64,000 nucleotides of DNA from a virus: the IMG/VR virus record IMGVR_UViG_3300037247_000990, positions 3,730-67,729 of that record, one strand, 5' to 3'. How positions within the stretch are numbered: position 1 is the stretch's first letter; the number at the start of each line of letters is the position of its first letter. The notes below the pieces were generated by a model, which had not been told where the DNA came from, searched no databases, and saw only the letters and a program-made list of their open reading frames with translations. This document shows, piece by piece, positions 45,418 through 55,771 of this stretch. A program made the translations under genes and the position numbers.

Positions 45418-45974
45418 CCCGGGACATGACCGCCGAGGCGGTGACCGCCAGCCAGACCGACAAGGGCTTCACCGTCATCGCCGCCGCCGAGCTAGACTTC
45501 AGCAACGGCTTCGTCAGGGTCCACTCCGGGGCCGGGCCCAAGGTGCTACTTGGCAATACCTACAAGGGAATCGGTGGGTTCGGTCGGATCACCGCCATCG
45601 AGGAGAAGGCCGAGCTGGGGGCGACTCTCGTCGAGCTGTCGATCTCCGGTCTCGACCCCACGGAGAACAACGTCAACACCGTCCTGACCACCAACTACCG
45701 CAACCGCCCCGCGACCGTCTACCTCGCCTTCATCGACTCGAACGGCGACGTTGTCTCCGACCCGACGATCCTGTTCCGAGGGTTCATGGACAACGCCGTG
45801 ATCGCCCAGGGCAAGGAGCTGTCGGTCACGGTCAGGATCAACTCGATCATGGCCGACTGGGACCGGGCGAAGGTCGCGCGCTACACCAACGAGGAGCAGC
45901 AGGACCGCTTCCCCGGCGACCGTGGCCTGGAGTTCGTCCCGCAGATGGTCGAGAAGGAAATCAAGTGGGGCTGA
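45414..45974 (+). CDS. Tail hub/minor tail protein
   Basis: Y.G.G.FG.I..IEE, L.ISG, F.G.MD and RYT.EEQ..RFPGD.GLEFV. Confidence 0.75.
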   Translation: MTRDMTAEAVTASQTDKGFTVIAAAELDFSNGFVRVHSGAGPKVLLGNTYKGIGGFGRITAIEEKAELGATLVELSISGLDPTENNVNTVLTTNYRNRPATVYLAFIDSNGDVVSDPTILFRGFMDNAVIAQGKELSVTVRINSIMADWDRAKVARYTNEEQQDRFPGDRGLEFVPQMVEKEIKWG

Positions 45975-46429
45975 GGTTCCCCAACCACCCGGTCCTGCTC
46001 ACTCGGGCCATCACCGACTCGCGCGACATCCCGTTCGCCTGGGGTACGCACGACTGCTGCCTGGCGGCCTGCAATCTCATCCAGGTCTATACCGGCCGTG
46101 ACCCGGCAGTCTGGTTCCGGGGCAAGTACAAGAGCCAGGTCGGAGCCTTCCGTGCCCTCAGGCGCTATCTCGTCGAGTTCGTCGGGCCGGTAAAGCGGGA
46201 GGACCTCCTGCCGCCGGTCGTCGAGCACCTGTGCCTGATCATGGGATACCCAGAGACCACGCGATCCTGGCTCTCGACGGGAGACGTGGCGTTGGTCGCC
46301 ACGCCGGAGTGCCAACGGTTCCCGACCGCCCTCGGCATCATCGTCGCCCACAGGGTCTTCATCGCCGGCATTGACCGGGGGTTCGCAGCCAAGCCAATCG
46401 AGGAGATCATCCGCGGCTGGAAGGTGTAG
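45965..46429 (+). CDS. DUF6950/NlpC-P60-like tail protein
   Basis: PFAWGTHDCCL...TG.DP...RG.Y and GDV. Confidence 0.75.
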   Translation: MGLRFPNHPVLLTRAITDSRDIPFAWGTHDCCLAACNLIQVYTGRDPAVWFRGKYKSQVGAFRALRRYLVEFVGPVKREDLLPPVVEHLCLIMGYPETTRSWLSTGDVALVATPECQRFPTALGIIVAHRVFIAGIDRGFAAKPIEEIIRGWKV

Positions 46430-46431
46430 CC

Positions 46432-48834
46432 GTGCCCGGGATCACCTTCGCCTTCATCCTCAAGTCGATCATCTCGTTCGTCATCTCGTTCGCCCTCCAG
46501 AGTCTTACGAAGGCGCTGTTCGGCAAGCAGGCCGCGCCCGAAGACTTTGACTTCAAGAGAGCCGAACGCATCGTCCGGTCGCCGATTTCACCTCGACGGG
46601 TCATCTACGGCGAGAAGCTGGTTAGCGGCCCCCTGGTATTCGCCTCCTCGACTTCCAACGACACCCTGCTCCACATGGTCGTCGTCCACGCCGCGCACGA
46701 GTGTCACGGCATAACCGACGCCTACATCTCGGACGAACGGATCCCACCCAGAAACTTTGCCGGCGACGCCGTGACGAACGGCCAATACAAGAGCCACGCG
46801 ACATGGACCAGGCACCTCGGCTCCCGGAACCAGGCGGCCGACCCGAGTCTCGTCGCCGACATCCCAGAGTGGACCACGGCCCATCGTCTCCGGGGCCTCT
46901 GCTACACTCGATGGAAGTTGAAGTCGAACGAAGACCTGTTCCCGGCGGGTATCCCCAACCTCCGCGCCCTGGTTCGTGGACGGCTGATCTGGGACCCGCG
47001 CGAGACCGGGATCGCGATTCTCAGCTCGACGTTCCTCACCGCCGGCCAGGTGGAGATCGAGACGGCGGTAAACCACAACAAGTCGAACGGCGACATCGTC
47101 TTCATAAGCGGCCACGCCTCGGAGTCCGAGAACAGGATATTCGGTGAGTACGAGATCATCTCGATCACCGGCGACGCCCACTTCGTCATCGAGCAGGACA
47201 CCTCGACGGTCACCGGGGTCGGCACCGGCGGCGTCTTCAACGAGATGAAGTTCTCGCAAAACCCCGTGCTGTGCGTCCTCGACTACCTGGTCAACAGGAG
47301 CTTCGGACGAGCCGCGCCCGAGTCGGTTCTCGACCTCCCCCAGATCATCGCCGCCGCGAACACCTGCGACGAGCAAGTTGAGCTCACCGAAGTCACCGAG
47401 AACTTCACCGTTCAGGTTCTGGCGGGAGCGGCCGACGTGTTCACCAGGTCGACGACGTTCTCGCTGAATACGGGAGGGATCGTCCGGGTGTCGTCCGACG
47501 GGGCACTGCCCGCGCCGCTGCTGGCGAACACCGACTACTATTACATCAACCTCGGCGTCAAGCCCGAGTTCGCACTGGCATCCACGCTGGACGACGCCGT
47601 CCGCCACGTCGCCATCGACATCGCCGATACCGGGTCCGGCACCCACACCATCACGCGGAAGTCCCAGGTCAGATACACCTGCAACGGCGCGTTCACGATT
47701 GACGCGCAGCCCATCGACATCCTCGGAGACATGCTGACGAGCTGCGCCGGTACCATCGTCGCGGTCCAGGGCAAGTTCAACATCTTCGTCGCCGAGCCGA
47801 GCCCGGTCGTCCATACCCTCGGCGTCGAGGACCTCAGAGGGACGCTCAGTATCGAGGCGGACCCCGACCGTCAGGCGATCTTCAACGGCGTCGTCGGCAC
47901 CTTCATCTCCCCGGATAACTTCTGGCAGGCGGCGAATTTCCCGCCGGTAAGTCGTTCCCAGTTCGTCATCGATGACGGAGCCGAGATCAACCGCGACATC
48001 GAGTTGAGGTTCACCAACGACGTGACGGAGGCCCAGCGAATCTCGACCATCCACCTCCTGCAGTCCCGCGTCGGGATGGTGGTCCTGGCCCCGACGAACC
48101 TGACCGCGATGCTCGTCAAGCCATGGGACGTGATCGCCTTCAACAACACCGTGGCGGGCTGGGCCTCCAAGGAGTTCCGCGTCATGGGATGGCAGCTCAC
48201 TCCCGTCGGCAAAGGGATGGGTCTCGACCTCGACCTACAGGAGTACGACGGCGACGTGTTCTCCTGGCAACGGGGCGACGCCAAGATCATCGCCGAGCCG
48301 CCCGCAGTCACCCTCCCGCCGTTCGCAGGGCCGATAAACCGGGACCCCACGTTCAACGGTGATGCCACGGCGGCAGCGGCGAGCTGCGTCGTAGATGGCG
48401 TGCGCGACGACTTTTCCAATGAGAACGCTGTCGATAGCGTAACTAGCGTCAATAATAACTTCGACTCGGCTGGTCAGTTCTACTCGTCGGACGCGGTCGA
48501 CGACATGACCCTGGCCGGGCTCACGATCTGCCCGGCGGTTGATCAACCGGTTCAAGCCCGCCTATGGATTCTCGAGGCCGACATCGATCCGATCGCACTC
48601 GGCACGGATATCAAGGCGTTCATCTCGCGGGATGGTGGAGTGACCTTTACCGAGGTCACGCTCACCGACGAGGGCGACTTCGACAGCACGATCACGGCAA
48701 CACTTGGTCGCCGAATCCTATCCGGCCAGGCCAATCTGTCGAGCCAGTCGTCCGGCACAAGCATGAGCTGGAAGATCACCACCCATAACCTCACGCAGCT
48801 AGAGATTCACGCCATAAATCTGTTCTGGAGGTAG
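46432..48834 (+). CDS. Tail tip/host-specificity protein, paralog A
   Basis: PRRVIYG..LVSG, HRLRG..Y, NPVLC.LDYL, AAN.CDE.V and RYTCNG. Confidence 0.85.
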   Translation: MPGITFAFILKSIISFVISFALQSLTKALFGKQAAPEDFDFKRAERIVRSPISPRRVIYGEKLVSGPLVFASSTSNDTLLHMVVVHAAHECHGITDAYISDERIPPRNFAGDAVTNGQYKSHATWTRHLGSRNQAADPSLVADIPEWTTAHRLRGLCYTRWKLKSNEDLFPAGIPNLRALVRGRLIWDPRETGIAILSSTFLTAGQVEIETAVNHNKSNGDIVFISGHASESENRIFGEYEIISITGDAHFVIEQDTSTVTGVGTGGVFNEMKFSQNPVLCVLDYLVNRSFGRAAPESVLDLPQIIAAANTCDEQVELTEVTENFTVQVLAGAADVFTRSTTFSLNTGGIVRVSSDGALPAPLLANTDYYYINLGVKPEFALASTLDDAVRHVAIDIADTGSGTHTITRKSQVRYTCNGAFTIDAQPIDILGDMLTSCAGTIVAVQGKFNIFVAEPSPVVHTLGVEDLRGTLSIEADPDRQAIFNGVVGTFISPDNFWQAANFPPVSRSQFVIDDGAEINRDIELRFTNDVTEAQRISTIHLLQSRVGMVVLAPTNLTAMLVKPWDVIAFNNTVAGWASKEFRVMGWQLTPVGKGMGLDLDLQEYDGDVFSWQRGDAKIIAEPPAVTLPPFAGPINRDPTFNGDATAAAASCVVDGVRDDFSNENAVDSVTSVNNNFDSAGQFYSSDAVDDMTLAGLTICPAVDQPVQARLWILEADIDPIALGTDIKAFISRDGGVTFTEVTLTDEGDFDSTITATLGRRILSGQANLSSQSSGTSMSWKITTHNLTQLEIHAINLFWR

Positions 48835-48836
48835 CG

Positions 48837-51800
48837 GTGGCCGGAATCGACTTCGGTGGCCTCATCGGCTCGGCGATCCTCAAGTCCATCACGTCGATGT
48901 TCGTCTCCTTCCTGTTCCAGGGCGTCATCAACGCGATCTTCGGGAAGGGCCCGGGAAGCGGTGACTTCGACTTCAAGGCGTTCGAGCAGATAATCCGCTC
49001 GCCGGTCGCTCCCACGAGGGTGATCTACGGTCAGAAGCTCGTCGCCGGTCCACTGGTGTTCGCCGAGACGACGGACGGCGACAAGTTTCTCCACCTCGTC
49101 GTCGCGCACGCCGGCCACGAGTGCCACGACTTCACGGACCTGTACGTTGACGATCAGCGCATCCCGCCGAGAGACATGAGCGGTGACGAGGTCAGCGCCA
49201 CCGACTTTGCAGGCTTCGTCCGCCGCACGATCCACCTCGGATCGCCGAACCAGGCCGCGGACTCAAACCTGGTCGCCGACGTTGGTATCTGGACCGCCGA
49301 CCACCGTCTCAGGGGCATCTGCTACGGGCGCTATCGGCTGAAGGCCAATGAAGTCGTCTTCCGGAGTGTCCCGCAGCCGGCGCGCGACTCTCCCAGAGGC
49401 GGGCTCCAAGCACTCCCGAGGGGACCGGCTCCAGAGGGTGCATCTCTACTCAACCAACCTGGGCCGACCAGGGGCGCGCCGTTTATTCCGTTCCCCACCG
49501 GCATCCCCAACCTCCGCATCCTGATTCGCGGCCGGAAGGTCTGGGACCCGCGCGACAGCGGCCTGGCGATAGCCTCGTCGTCGTTCCTGACGGCGGGGCA
49601 GGTAGAGATCGAGACCGTGTCGAGCCACGGTAAGGCGGTCGGTGATACGATCTTCATCGCCGGCCACGCTCAGGAGCAGGAGAACGTCATCTTCGGCGAG
49701 TATGTCGTCGAGGCGGTCGGCGGCGCGCGGTACCTCACCATCGGCCAGGTGACGGACACGATCACGGGCGTCGGGACCGGAGGGACGATGTACGACATGA
49801 AGTTCCACCACAACCCGGTGCTCTGCATCCTCGACTATCTGGTGAATAAGGATTTCGGCCGGGCGTCGCCGGAGTCGTTCCTGAACCTCCCCCAGATCAA
49901 GGCCGCCGCGAACACCTGCGACGAGCAGGTGGTCCTGACATTAAGGGAGGACTTCTTCACCGCCGTCCCCGGTGAGCTCATCACTGGTCAGGAAGAAGAT
50001 AATTTTCTCCGGCGCACCAACGCTAACTTCCCCATCAACACGGGGTCTCTCATGCGCGTAAGGACCAGCGGGACGTTGCCAGCGGGCTTGAGCGCCGAGA
50101 CCGATTACTACTACATCCATCTTGGCACCATGGATGAGTTCGAGCTGGCGACCTCCTATGTCAACGCTATCCGCGGGGTCGGCATCCGGGTCGAAGATGA
50201 CGGTACCGGCACCCACGTCCTAACTCGTTTCAGCCAGCCGAGGTACACCTGCAACGGCGCATTCACCACTGACGCCGCGCCGATCAACATCATGCAGGAC
50301 TTGCTGACGAGCTGCGCCGGCAACCTGGTCAACGTAGCGGGCAAGTTCCACATCAACGTCGGCGCGCCGGACCCGGTCACGTTCACCATGGAGACCTCTC
50401 ATCAGAGGGGCGAGGTCGAGATCGAGACCGACAGTGATCGGCGCAACAGGCTAAACCGGGTGAGCGGGATATTCGTCTCGCCCGACAACTTCTGGCAGCC
50501 GTCCGACTTCCCCTCGGTCAAGCGCCAGCAGTTCATCGACGACGACGGGCTCGAGCTGAACCGGGACATCGAGCTTCGGTTCACCAACGATCAGGTCGAG
50601 GCCCAGCGAATCGCCACCATCCACCTGCTGTGCTCGCGGTTCGCGATCAGCACCAACGTCCTGGTAAACCTCCACCCCATGACGGTCGCTCCGTGGGACG
50701 TGATCGCCTTCAACAACAGCGCGCTCTCGTGGGCGGCCAAGGAGTTCCGCGTCCTCGGCTGGGCGATGGTGCCGGACGGCAAGTCACTGGGCCTGATGAT
50801 GGACATGATCGCGTACGACGCGGACTGCTACGTCTGGCCTGGGGGCGAGGCCATGCTCGCGATCCCACCGCCTCTACCGGACATCAGACCCCCCGCCGAA
50901 CCTCCCGAGCCTATCTTGGACCCCGACGGCGGGCGCGGTGAGTGCACTGTCAACGGGCTCATCGACACCTTCCCCGATGAGAACGGCATCGACCAGGCGC
51001 TCTCGTCAGGCATCGCCTACGACGCGGCGGGCGACCTCTACACCGGCGGGACGATCTGGGTCGTCATTGACTTCGACGGTGAGATCGTCACCTCACCCGA
51101 CGGCATCAACTGGACCCAACAGACGAACCCCAACCAAGGAGTCCCGTTCGCCGCCGTCACGGGGCTCGCGACCGACCGCAAGGGCAACTGGATAATTGCA
51201 GCCACCGTGGGGCGAATACTAACGTCACCTGACACGGTAAACTGGACGCTGCGGCTTCTCAACGAGACCGACTTCTTTTGTAAACACGCTATCTTCTATC
51301 CCGACGACGAGGTGTTCGTCGTCACCACCGACGACCCGGACCCAACACCCGATGAGTTCTCATCGCGAATCCACAGGTCCGCCGACGGGGCCTCGTGGAT
51401 CACGGCACACGAGTTCCCGGCCAGCCCCTTCGTCGACACATTTACCGCTAATGCGTTAGCTCACGACGGATTCGGGACGATCATGGCCGTCGGTAAGAGT
51501 GGGTTGACCCCAGGGCTCGCGGCTTCGTCCGCCCGGTCATTAGACGGCGGCTTCTCATGGAGCAGGAAGCCCCTCCACGATGGCGTCTTCGTCAGGATCG
51601 AGAGCGACCACGGCGCGACCACGGGAGGCCCTATCACGGTGGCGGCCGGGGCAGAGACGGGCGATGAAAAGCTCTGGTTGACCGGCGACGGTGAGGACTG
51701 GACGAACCAGACGGATCAGCCCTTCACCTTTAACATCATCGCCCTGGGATACGGCAACGACCTTTGGCTCGGCGGTGATCTGGGGACGAGGCTCGCCAAC

Positions 51801-52334
51801 TCGCCAGATGGTCAGCACTGGACACAGTTTACGAATCCTTTGTCTCCGCTCAAGATCATCCGTGATTTTCATTGGTCCGAGGAGCAGCAGCTATGGGTGA
51901 TGGTGGGCAATGACAGCTCGATATTGACGTCACCGGACGGCACTAACTGGACGCAGCGGACCGTCCCCATTTCAGGTGCGATCTTCATACAGGTTGAAAA
52001 CGGACCGGCGAACATGGTCCTCGTCTCCGCCGGGCAGTGCCCGGCTAGGTTCGTCCCCTCCGTCGCCACCATATTCGTTGTCGAGAAGGACATCGACGCG
52101 GTCGAGTTGGGCGTCGATCTCAAAATATCGGCGTCGCGCGACGATGGAGTGACATTCACCGAAGGAACGATCGAGGATGTTGGGAATCTCGACCTGACGT
52201 CAGGTAGGCGCATCCTTAAAGCAGTCGTACTCCTGACCAGCCAACCATCAGGCTCCGCGATGCGCTGGAAGATCGAGACCGACAACGTCAAGTCCGTTGA
52301 GATCCACAGCGTTGAGATGTCCTGGAGCCGGTAA
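48837..52334 (+). CDS. Tail tip/host-specificity protein, paralog B, with Asp-box beta-propeller
   Basis: Same motifs as paralog A, plus repeated (T/S)SPDG.NW Asp-box/BNR units. Confidence 0.85.
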   Translation: MAGIDFGGLIGSAILKSITSMFVSFLFQGVINAIFGKGPGSGDFDFKAFEQIIRSPVAPTRVIYGQKLVAGPLVFAETTDGDKFLHLVVAHAGHECHDFTDLYVDDQRIPPRDMSGDEVSATDFAGFVRRTIHLGSPNQAADSNLVADVGIWTADHRLRGICYGRYRLKANEVVFRSVPQPARDSPRGGLQALPRGPAPEGASLLNQPGPTRGAPFIPFPTGIPNLRILIRGRKVWDPRDSGLAIASSSFLTAGQVEIETVSSHGKAVGDTIFIAGHAQEQENVIFGEYVVEAVGGARYLTIGQVTDTITGVGTGGTMYDMKFHHNPVLCILDYLVNKDFGRASPESFLNLPQIKAAANTCDEQVVLTLREDFFTAVPGELITGQEEDNFLRRTNANFPINTGSLMRVRTSGTLPAGLSAETDYYYIHLGTMDEFELATSYVNAIRGVGIRVEDDGTGTHVLTRFSQPRYTCNGAFTTDAAPINIMQDLLTSCAGNLVNVAGKFHINVGAPDPVTFTMETSHQRGEVEIETDSDRRNRLNRVSGIFVSPDNFWQPSDFPSVKRQQFIDDDGLELNRDIELRFTNDQVEAQRIATIHLLCSRFAISTNVLVNLHPMTVAPWDVIAFNNSALSWAAKEFRVLGWAMVPDGKSLGLMMDMIAYDADCYVWPGGEAMLAIPPPLPDIRPPAEPPEPILDPDGGRGECTVNGLIDTFPDENGIDQALSSGIAYDAAGDLYTGGTIWVVIDFDGEIVTSPDGINWTQQTNPNQGVPFAAVTGLATDRKGNWIIAATVGRILTSPDTVNWTLRLLNETDFFCKHAIFYPDDEVFVVTTDDPDPTPDEFSSRIHRSADGASWITAHEFPASPFVDTFTANALAHDGFGTIMAVGKSGLTPGLAASSARSLDGGFSWSRKPLHDGVFVRIESDHGATTGGPITVAAGAETGDEKLWLTGDGEDWTNQTDQPFTFNIIALGYGNDLWLGGDLGTRLANSPDGQHWTQFTNPLSPLKIIRDFHWSEEQQLWVMVGNDSSILTSPDGTNWTQRTVPISGAIFIQVENGPANMVLVSAGQCPARFVPSVATIFVVEKDIDAVELGVDLKISASRDDGVTFTEGTIEDVGNLDLTSGRRILKAVVLLTSQPSGSAMRWKIETDNVKSVEIHSVEMSWSR

Positions 52335-52381
52335 CGGCCCCGTGATCGAAAAGTGTCATCGGATGGGGATACAATTTAGCA

Positions 52382-52681
52382 ATGAAGCCCGGGCTCCTTA
52401 TCGTGGCGGCACTGATCGTCTTCATAACGACAGCCTCCGCAGATATGCGGTGCGGGCCGCGCGACACCGTCCTGTCCGTGATAACGGGGGTGAGGTATGC
52501 CGAGCGACTCTCCAGCATCGGCCTGGGTTTGAACGGCGTGGTGATCGAAGTCTGGGGCAACCCCATCACGGGATCGTTCACGATCACGACCACCAATACC
52601 CTCGGTTGGACGTGCATCGTCTTTTCGGGGCACGGATGGGAACAGCGACAGATTGCGCCAATGAATGAGAGAGATTCGTGA
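52382..52681 (+). CDS. Small secreted protein
   Basis: Signal peptide; CGPR...Y.E....G...GS.TI...C...G..W. Confidence 0.6.
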   Translation: MKPGLLIVAALIVFITTASADMRCGPRDTVLSVITGVRYAERLSSIGLGLNGVVIEVWGNPITGSFTITTTNTLGWTCIVFSGHGWEQRQIAPMNERDS

Positions 52682-52959
52682 TGCAATATATCCAGACTGT
52701 TCTAACAGCCCTGCTAATCGCGGCTGTCCTGTGGATCGCCGACACCACCAATACGAACGACAAGACTCTAGCCGTCATCGCCGTCAAGATCGAGCACCTC
52801 ACGGACGAGTCCGCCGAGATCAAGCAAGCCGTTCAGGCGCGACCGAGTGGCGAGAGTTTCACCCACCTGACGAACAAGGTCGGCGATCTCGACGGCGAGA
52901 TCACTCGACTGCGCCAGACGATCAACGCCTTCATCGCCTCCGGTCTGGGAGGGGAATAA
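52678..52959 (+). CDS. Membrane-anchored coiled-coil protein (holin/spanin-like position)
   Basis: N-terminal TM plus coiled coil; precedes the putative endolysin. Confidence 0.55.
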   Translation: MMQYIQTVLTALLIAAVLWIADTTNTNDKTLAVIAVKIEHLTDESAEIKQAVQARPSGESFTHLTNKVGDLDGEITRLRQTINAFIASGLGGE

Positions 52960-52961
52960 CC

Positions 52962-53276
52962 ATGAGGATGAAGAAGGGGGTCGATGTCGCCAACATCCAA
53001 CCCCAGATCGTCCTGGCATTAATCACCGCCAACAACCTCTATCGCGACGAAGGGGTCGAGCTGGTCTACACTTCCGGGCGCGACGGGGAGCACTCTCTGA
53101 CCTCGCTCCACTACTCCGGGAACGCCGTGGACCTGCGGAGCCGCGACCTCAAGGCGAAGAACCGTCTCCTACCGGCGCTAATTCGCGACCGCCTTGCGGA
53201 TCGCCTCGGCGTGGACTATGACGTGGTCTTGGAAAAGAACCACATCCATCTGGAATACCAACCCCGGAGGCGATGA
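52962..53276 (+). CDS. Peptidase M15-like endolysin (Hedgehog/DD-peptidase fold)
   Basis: TSGRDGEH, SLHYSGNAVDLR and HIHLE. Confidence 0.8.
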   Translation: MRMKKGVDVANIQPQIVLALITANNLYRDEGVELVYTSGRDGEHSLTSLHYSGNAVDLRSRDLKAKNRLLPALIRDRLADRLGVDYDVVLEKNHIHLEYQPRRR

Positions 53277-54454
53277 TGACCCGCTGCTGCTTCGTACCCC
53301 CGATCGTCGAGGAGAACTTGATTGAAGCGGGGGTTACGACGAAGACGCCTGAATACGAACTTGCCGATGCCGCCCGAGTGCGCCGGATGTTAAAGCCCCG
53401 CATGATCGCGACGAAGTTTCGCTCGCAGTTTATAAACCAGGGCCGGCTACGGTCCGAGGTCATCGTCTACGACTGCGAGAACTCCTGGCAGCTCCGCAAG
53501 GTCAAGGTCTGGGAGGGAAGACTCCCGAAGACCGAGTATGATCACGGCGGGGAACCCAAGGACGACCCCGACATCTTTAACGGCCTCGAGCGTGGGAGCG
53601 ATGCGGACTGCGCGGCACGGTTCGGCATCGGCATCGTCCGCTGGCTCCGGGATTCCCTCCAACGGGGCGGGATCGACGGCAAGGGCGGTCGCGTTATCAT
53701 CAACATTCGGTACGGAGAGAACTACAACAACGCCTTCTGGGACGGCGACGAGCTGACTCTGGGCGGCGGCGACGGGCAAATCTTCGTCTCCTTCGCCAAG
53801 AGCCCCGACGTGGTCGCCCACGAGATCGGTCACGGGATCATCCAGGCGGAGTCCGCCCTTGAATATCAGGGCGAGAGCGGGGCGTTGAACGAGCACTTCG
53901 CCGACGTTCTCGGCATCGCCATCCAGAACACGCTGTCGCCGCCCGGCTGGCTCATCGGCGACGAGATCATGGGGTGGGCCCTGCAGGGCGAGGCCCTGCG
54001 CTCGATGATCGCGCCCGGCACCGCCTATGACAACCGGCTGATGGGGAAGGACCCGCAGCCCGGTCACTATGACGACCGCTACCAGGGCGCGGCCGACCAC
54101 GGGGGCGTCCACATCAACTCGGGTATCCCCAACCGGGCCTTCGCCATTGCCGCCGAGCGCATCGGCATCGAGACGGCGGCTCGGGTCTGGTACACGGCCC
54201 TCCCGCTCCTGGCCCCGCGCTCGACGCTTAGGGAACTTCCAGGGGTCATCGACCTGGCTGCTCGCGAGCTCATAATTCGCCGGGCAGACGCGATGGAGGA
54301 CGAGGTCGTCGACGACTACTGTCATCGCGACGAGAATACGAGCGGCTTCCTCAGGGCGGGCGGCCTGCAGGCAATTCGAGATGCCTTCCGCATGGTGGGC
54401 CTGTCCGGTCCGGCTAAGAAGGCGTTTGCCATCGGCGGGGTGATCAGACCGTGA
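53273..54454 (+). CDS. M4 (thermolysin/protealysin-like) metalloprotease
   Basis: CFVPP propeptide, YNNAFWDG, HEIGH, GALNEHFAD and GGVHINSGIPN. Confidence 0.92.
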   Translation: MMTRCCFVPPIVEENLIEAGVTTKTPEYELADAARVRRMLKPRMIATKFRSQFINQGRLRSEVIVYDCENSWQLRKVKVWEGRLPKTEYDHGGEPKDDPDIFNGLERGSDADCAARFGIGIVRWLRDSLQRGGIDGKGGRVIINIRYGENYNNAFWDGDELTLGGGDGQIFVSFAKSPDVVAHEIGHGIIQAESALEYQGESGALNEHFADVLGIAIQNTLSPPGWLIGDEIMGWALQGEALRSMIAPGTAYDNRLMGKDPQPGHYDDRYQGAADHGGVHINSGIPNRAFAIAAERIGIETAARVWYTALPLLAPRSTLRELPGVIDLAARELIIRRADAMEDEVVDDYCHRDENTSGFLRAGGLQAIRDAFRMVGLSGPAKKAFAIGGVIRP

Positions 54455-55332
54455 AGCGTGTCCTGTCCATCGACGGAGGGGGCATGTTGGGAGTCATCCC
54501 GGCCTACATTCTGAATAAGATCGAACAGGGAACCGGCAAGTCCTGCTCCGATATGTTCGACCTCATCGCCGGCACCTCGACCGGCGGCATCATCGCCATC
54601 GGCCTGAGCAAGCCCGACCCGTTCAGTGCGCGCGACGCCATGGAACTCTACCTCCAGCACGGCCCCGCGATCTTCAAGAAGCGATGGCTGTTCCCGCTGG
54701 TGAACAAGTACGACCCGAAGGCCCTCGCCAGCATCCTCCGGGACAAGTTGGGGACTGACCCGTTCTCAAAGTGCTCGACACCCTGCCTGGTCCCCGCCTA
54801 TGACCTGCGCAACCGCCGCCTTCAAATTTTCAAGTCGTGGCGCAATGCGGAGCCCAGGAACGACTGGCCGCTGTGGGAGGTAGGGCTGGCTACGTCGTCG
54901 GCCCCCACCTACTTCCGGGCCCACAGCGGCATGTGGGACGGCGGCGTCGGTGCCAACTGCCCGGCGATGTGCGCCTTCGTCGAGGCCCGCCGCCTCTGGC
55001 CCAACGAGCGGATCCGCGTCGTGTCCATGGGCACCGGCACGTCGGCGAGTGCCATCGACCCAGATGGGCGGTCTACCCGGCGGCCGATCAACTTCGCGGT
55101 CCACCAGCTCCTGCACGTCTTCATGGACGCCCAGATGGACGCGCCGCACTACCAGCTCAAGCACCTTCTGCGCGGCCGCTACGTTCGCGTCCAGGGTCCG
55201 TTCGAGGCCGCGTCCGACAAGATGGATGACGCCTCGGCCGCCCAGCGCCGCGCCCTGCTCGTGGATGCCCGGAGCATCATGTACCAGAACCGCCGGGCCA
55301 TCGCCCGGCTCATCGAGGAACTGAAACAATGA
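54451..55332 (+). CDS. Patatin-like phospholipase
   Basis: LSIDGGG, GTSTG, SSAPTYF and DGG. Confidence 0.92.
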   Translation: MKRVLSIDGGGMLGVIPAYILNKIEQGTGKSCSDMFDLIAGTSTGGIIAIGLSKPDPFSARDAMELYLQHGPAIFKKRWLFPLVNKYDPKALASILRDKLGTDPFSKCSTPCLVPAYDLRNRRLQIFKSWRNAEPRNDWPLWEVGLATSSAPTYFRAHSGMWDGGVGANCPAMCAFVEARRLWPNERIRVVSMGTGTSASAIDPDGRSTRRPINFAVHQLLHVFMDAQMDAPHYQLKHLLRGRYVRVQGPFEAASDKMDDASAAQRRALLVDARSIMYQNRRAIARLIEELKQ

Positions 55333-55742
55333 AATGGCATTTCAATTGCATTTCAATCCCAATACTTTTGATCCTCGGTGGCTGCGTCGGCATCGCCGGA
55401 ACGGTGGCGTCGACCGCCGCCAAACCGATTCTCGGGTTCGCGGTAAAGGACGCGAAAACGACGCTGATATGGATCGAGCGCGAGGAATCCGCAGATCGTC
55501 TATCTTCAATAGATGCGGCCAGTGCCCGACGATGCCCGGAGTCAGTTATCGCCCTCGACGCCTTGCGGGCCCAGGTGCAGAAAAAGACCGCTGAGATGAA
55601 GGGTACTCGTGGCTTGATCTATTACGGCACGCTAGCCCGCTTCGGCAAAGGAGTGCAGGCGGAGGCTAGTCAAGGGTTGGCCCAGTTGGCGGAATCCTGC
55701 GTCTCGCTGATCCCGGCCGAGAAATTAATCAAGTTGTTCTAG
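55329..55742 (+). CDS. Putative lipoprotein
   Basis: Hydrophobic leader with lipobox LGGC. Confidence 0.6.
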   Translation: MKWHFNCISIPILLILGGCVGIAGTVASTAAKPILGFAVKDAKTTLIWIEREESADRLSSIDAASARRCPESVIALDALRAQVQKKTAEMKGTRGLIYYGTLARFGKGVQAEASQGLAQLAESCVSLIPAEKLIKLF

Positions 55743-55771
55743 CCGACCACCTGCCCTCCGTGTCGACCGAT

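Noticed and set aside
46588-48054. 488-aa antisense ORF in tail-tip paralog A
   Set aside because: No motifs; a typical high-GC shadow of a strongly biased sense gene, unlike the intein case.
46432-52334. Diversity-generating retroelement or invertible tail switch
   Set aside because: No reverse transcriptase, adenine-specific TR/VR pair, invertase or inverted repeats in the window.
53447-54325. 292-aa antisense ORF in the M4 protease
   Set aside because: Shadow ORF; the sense frame carries all the catalytic motifs.
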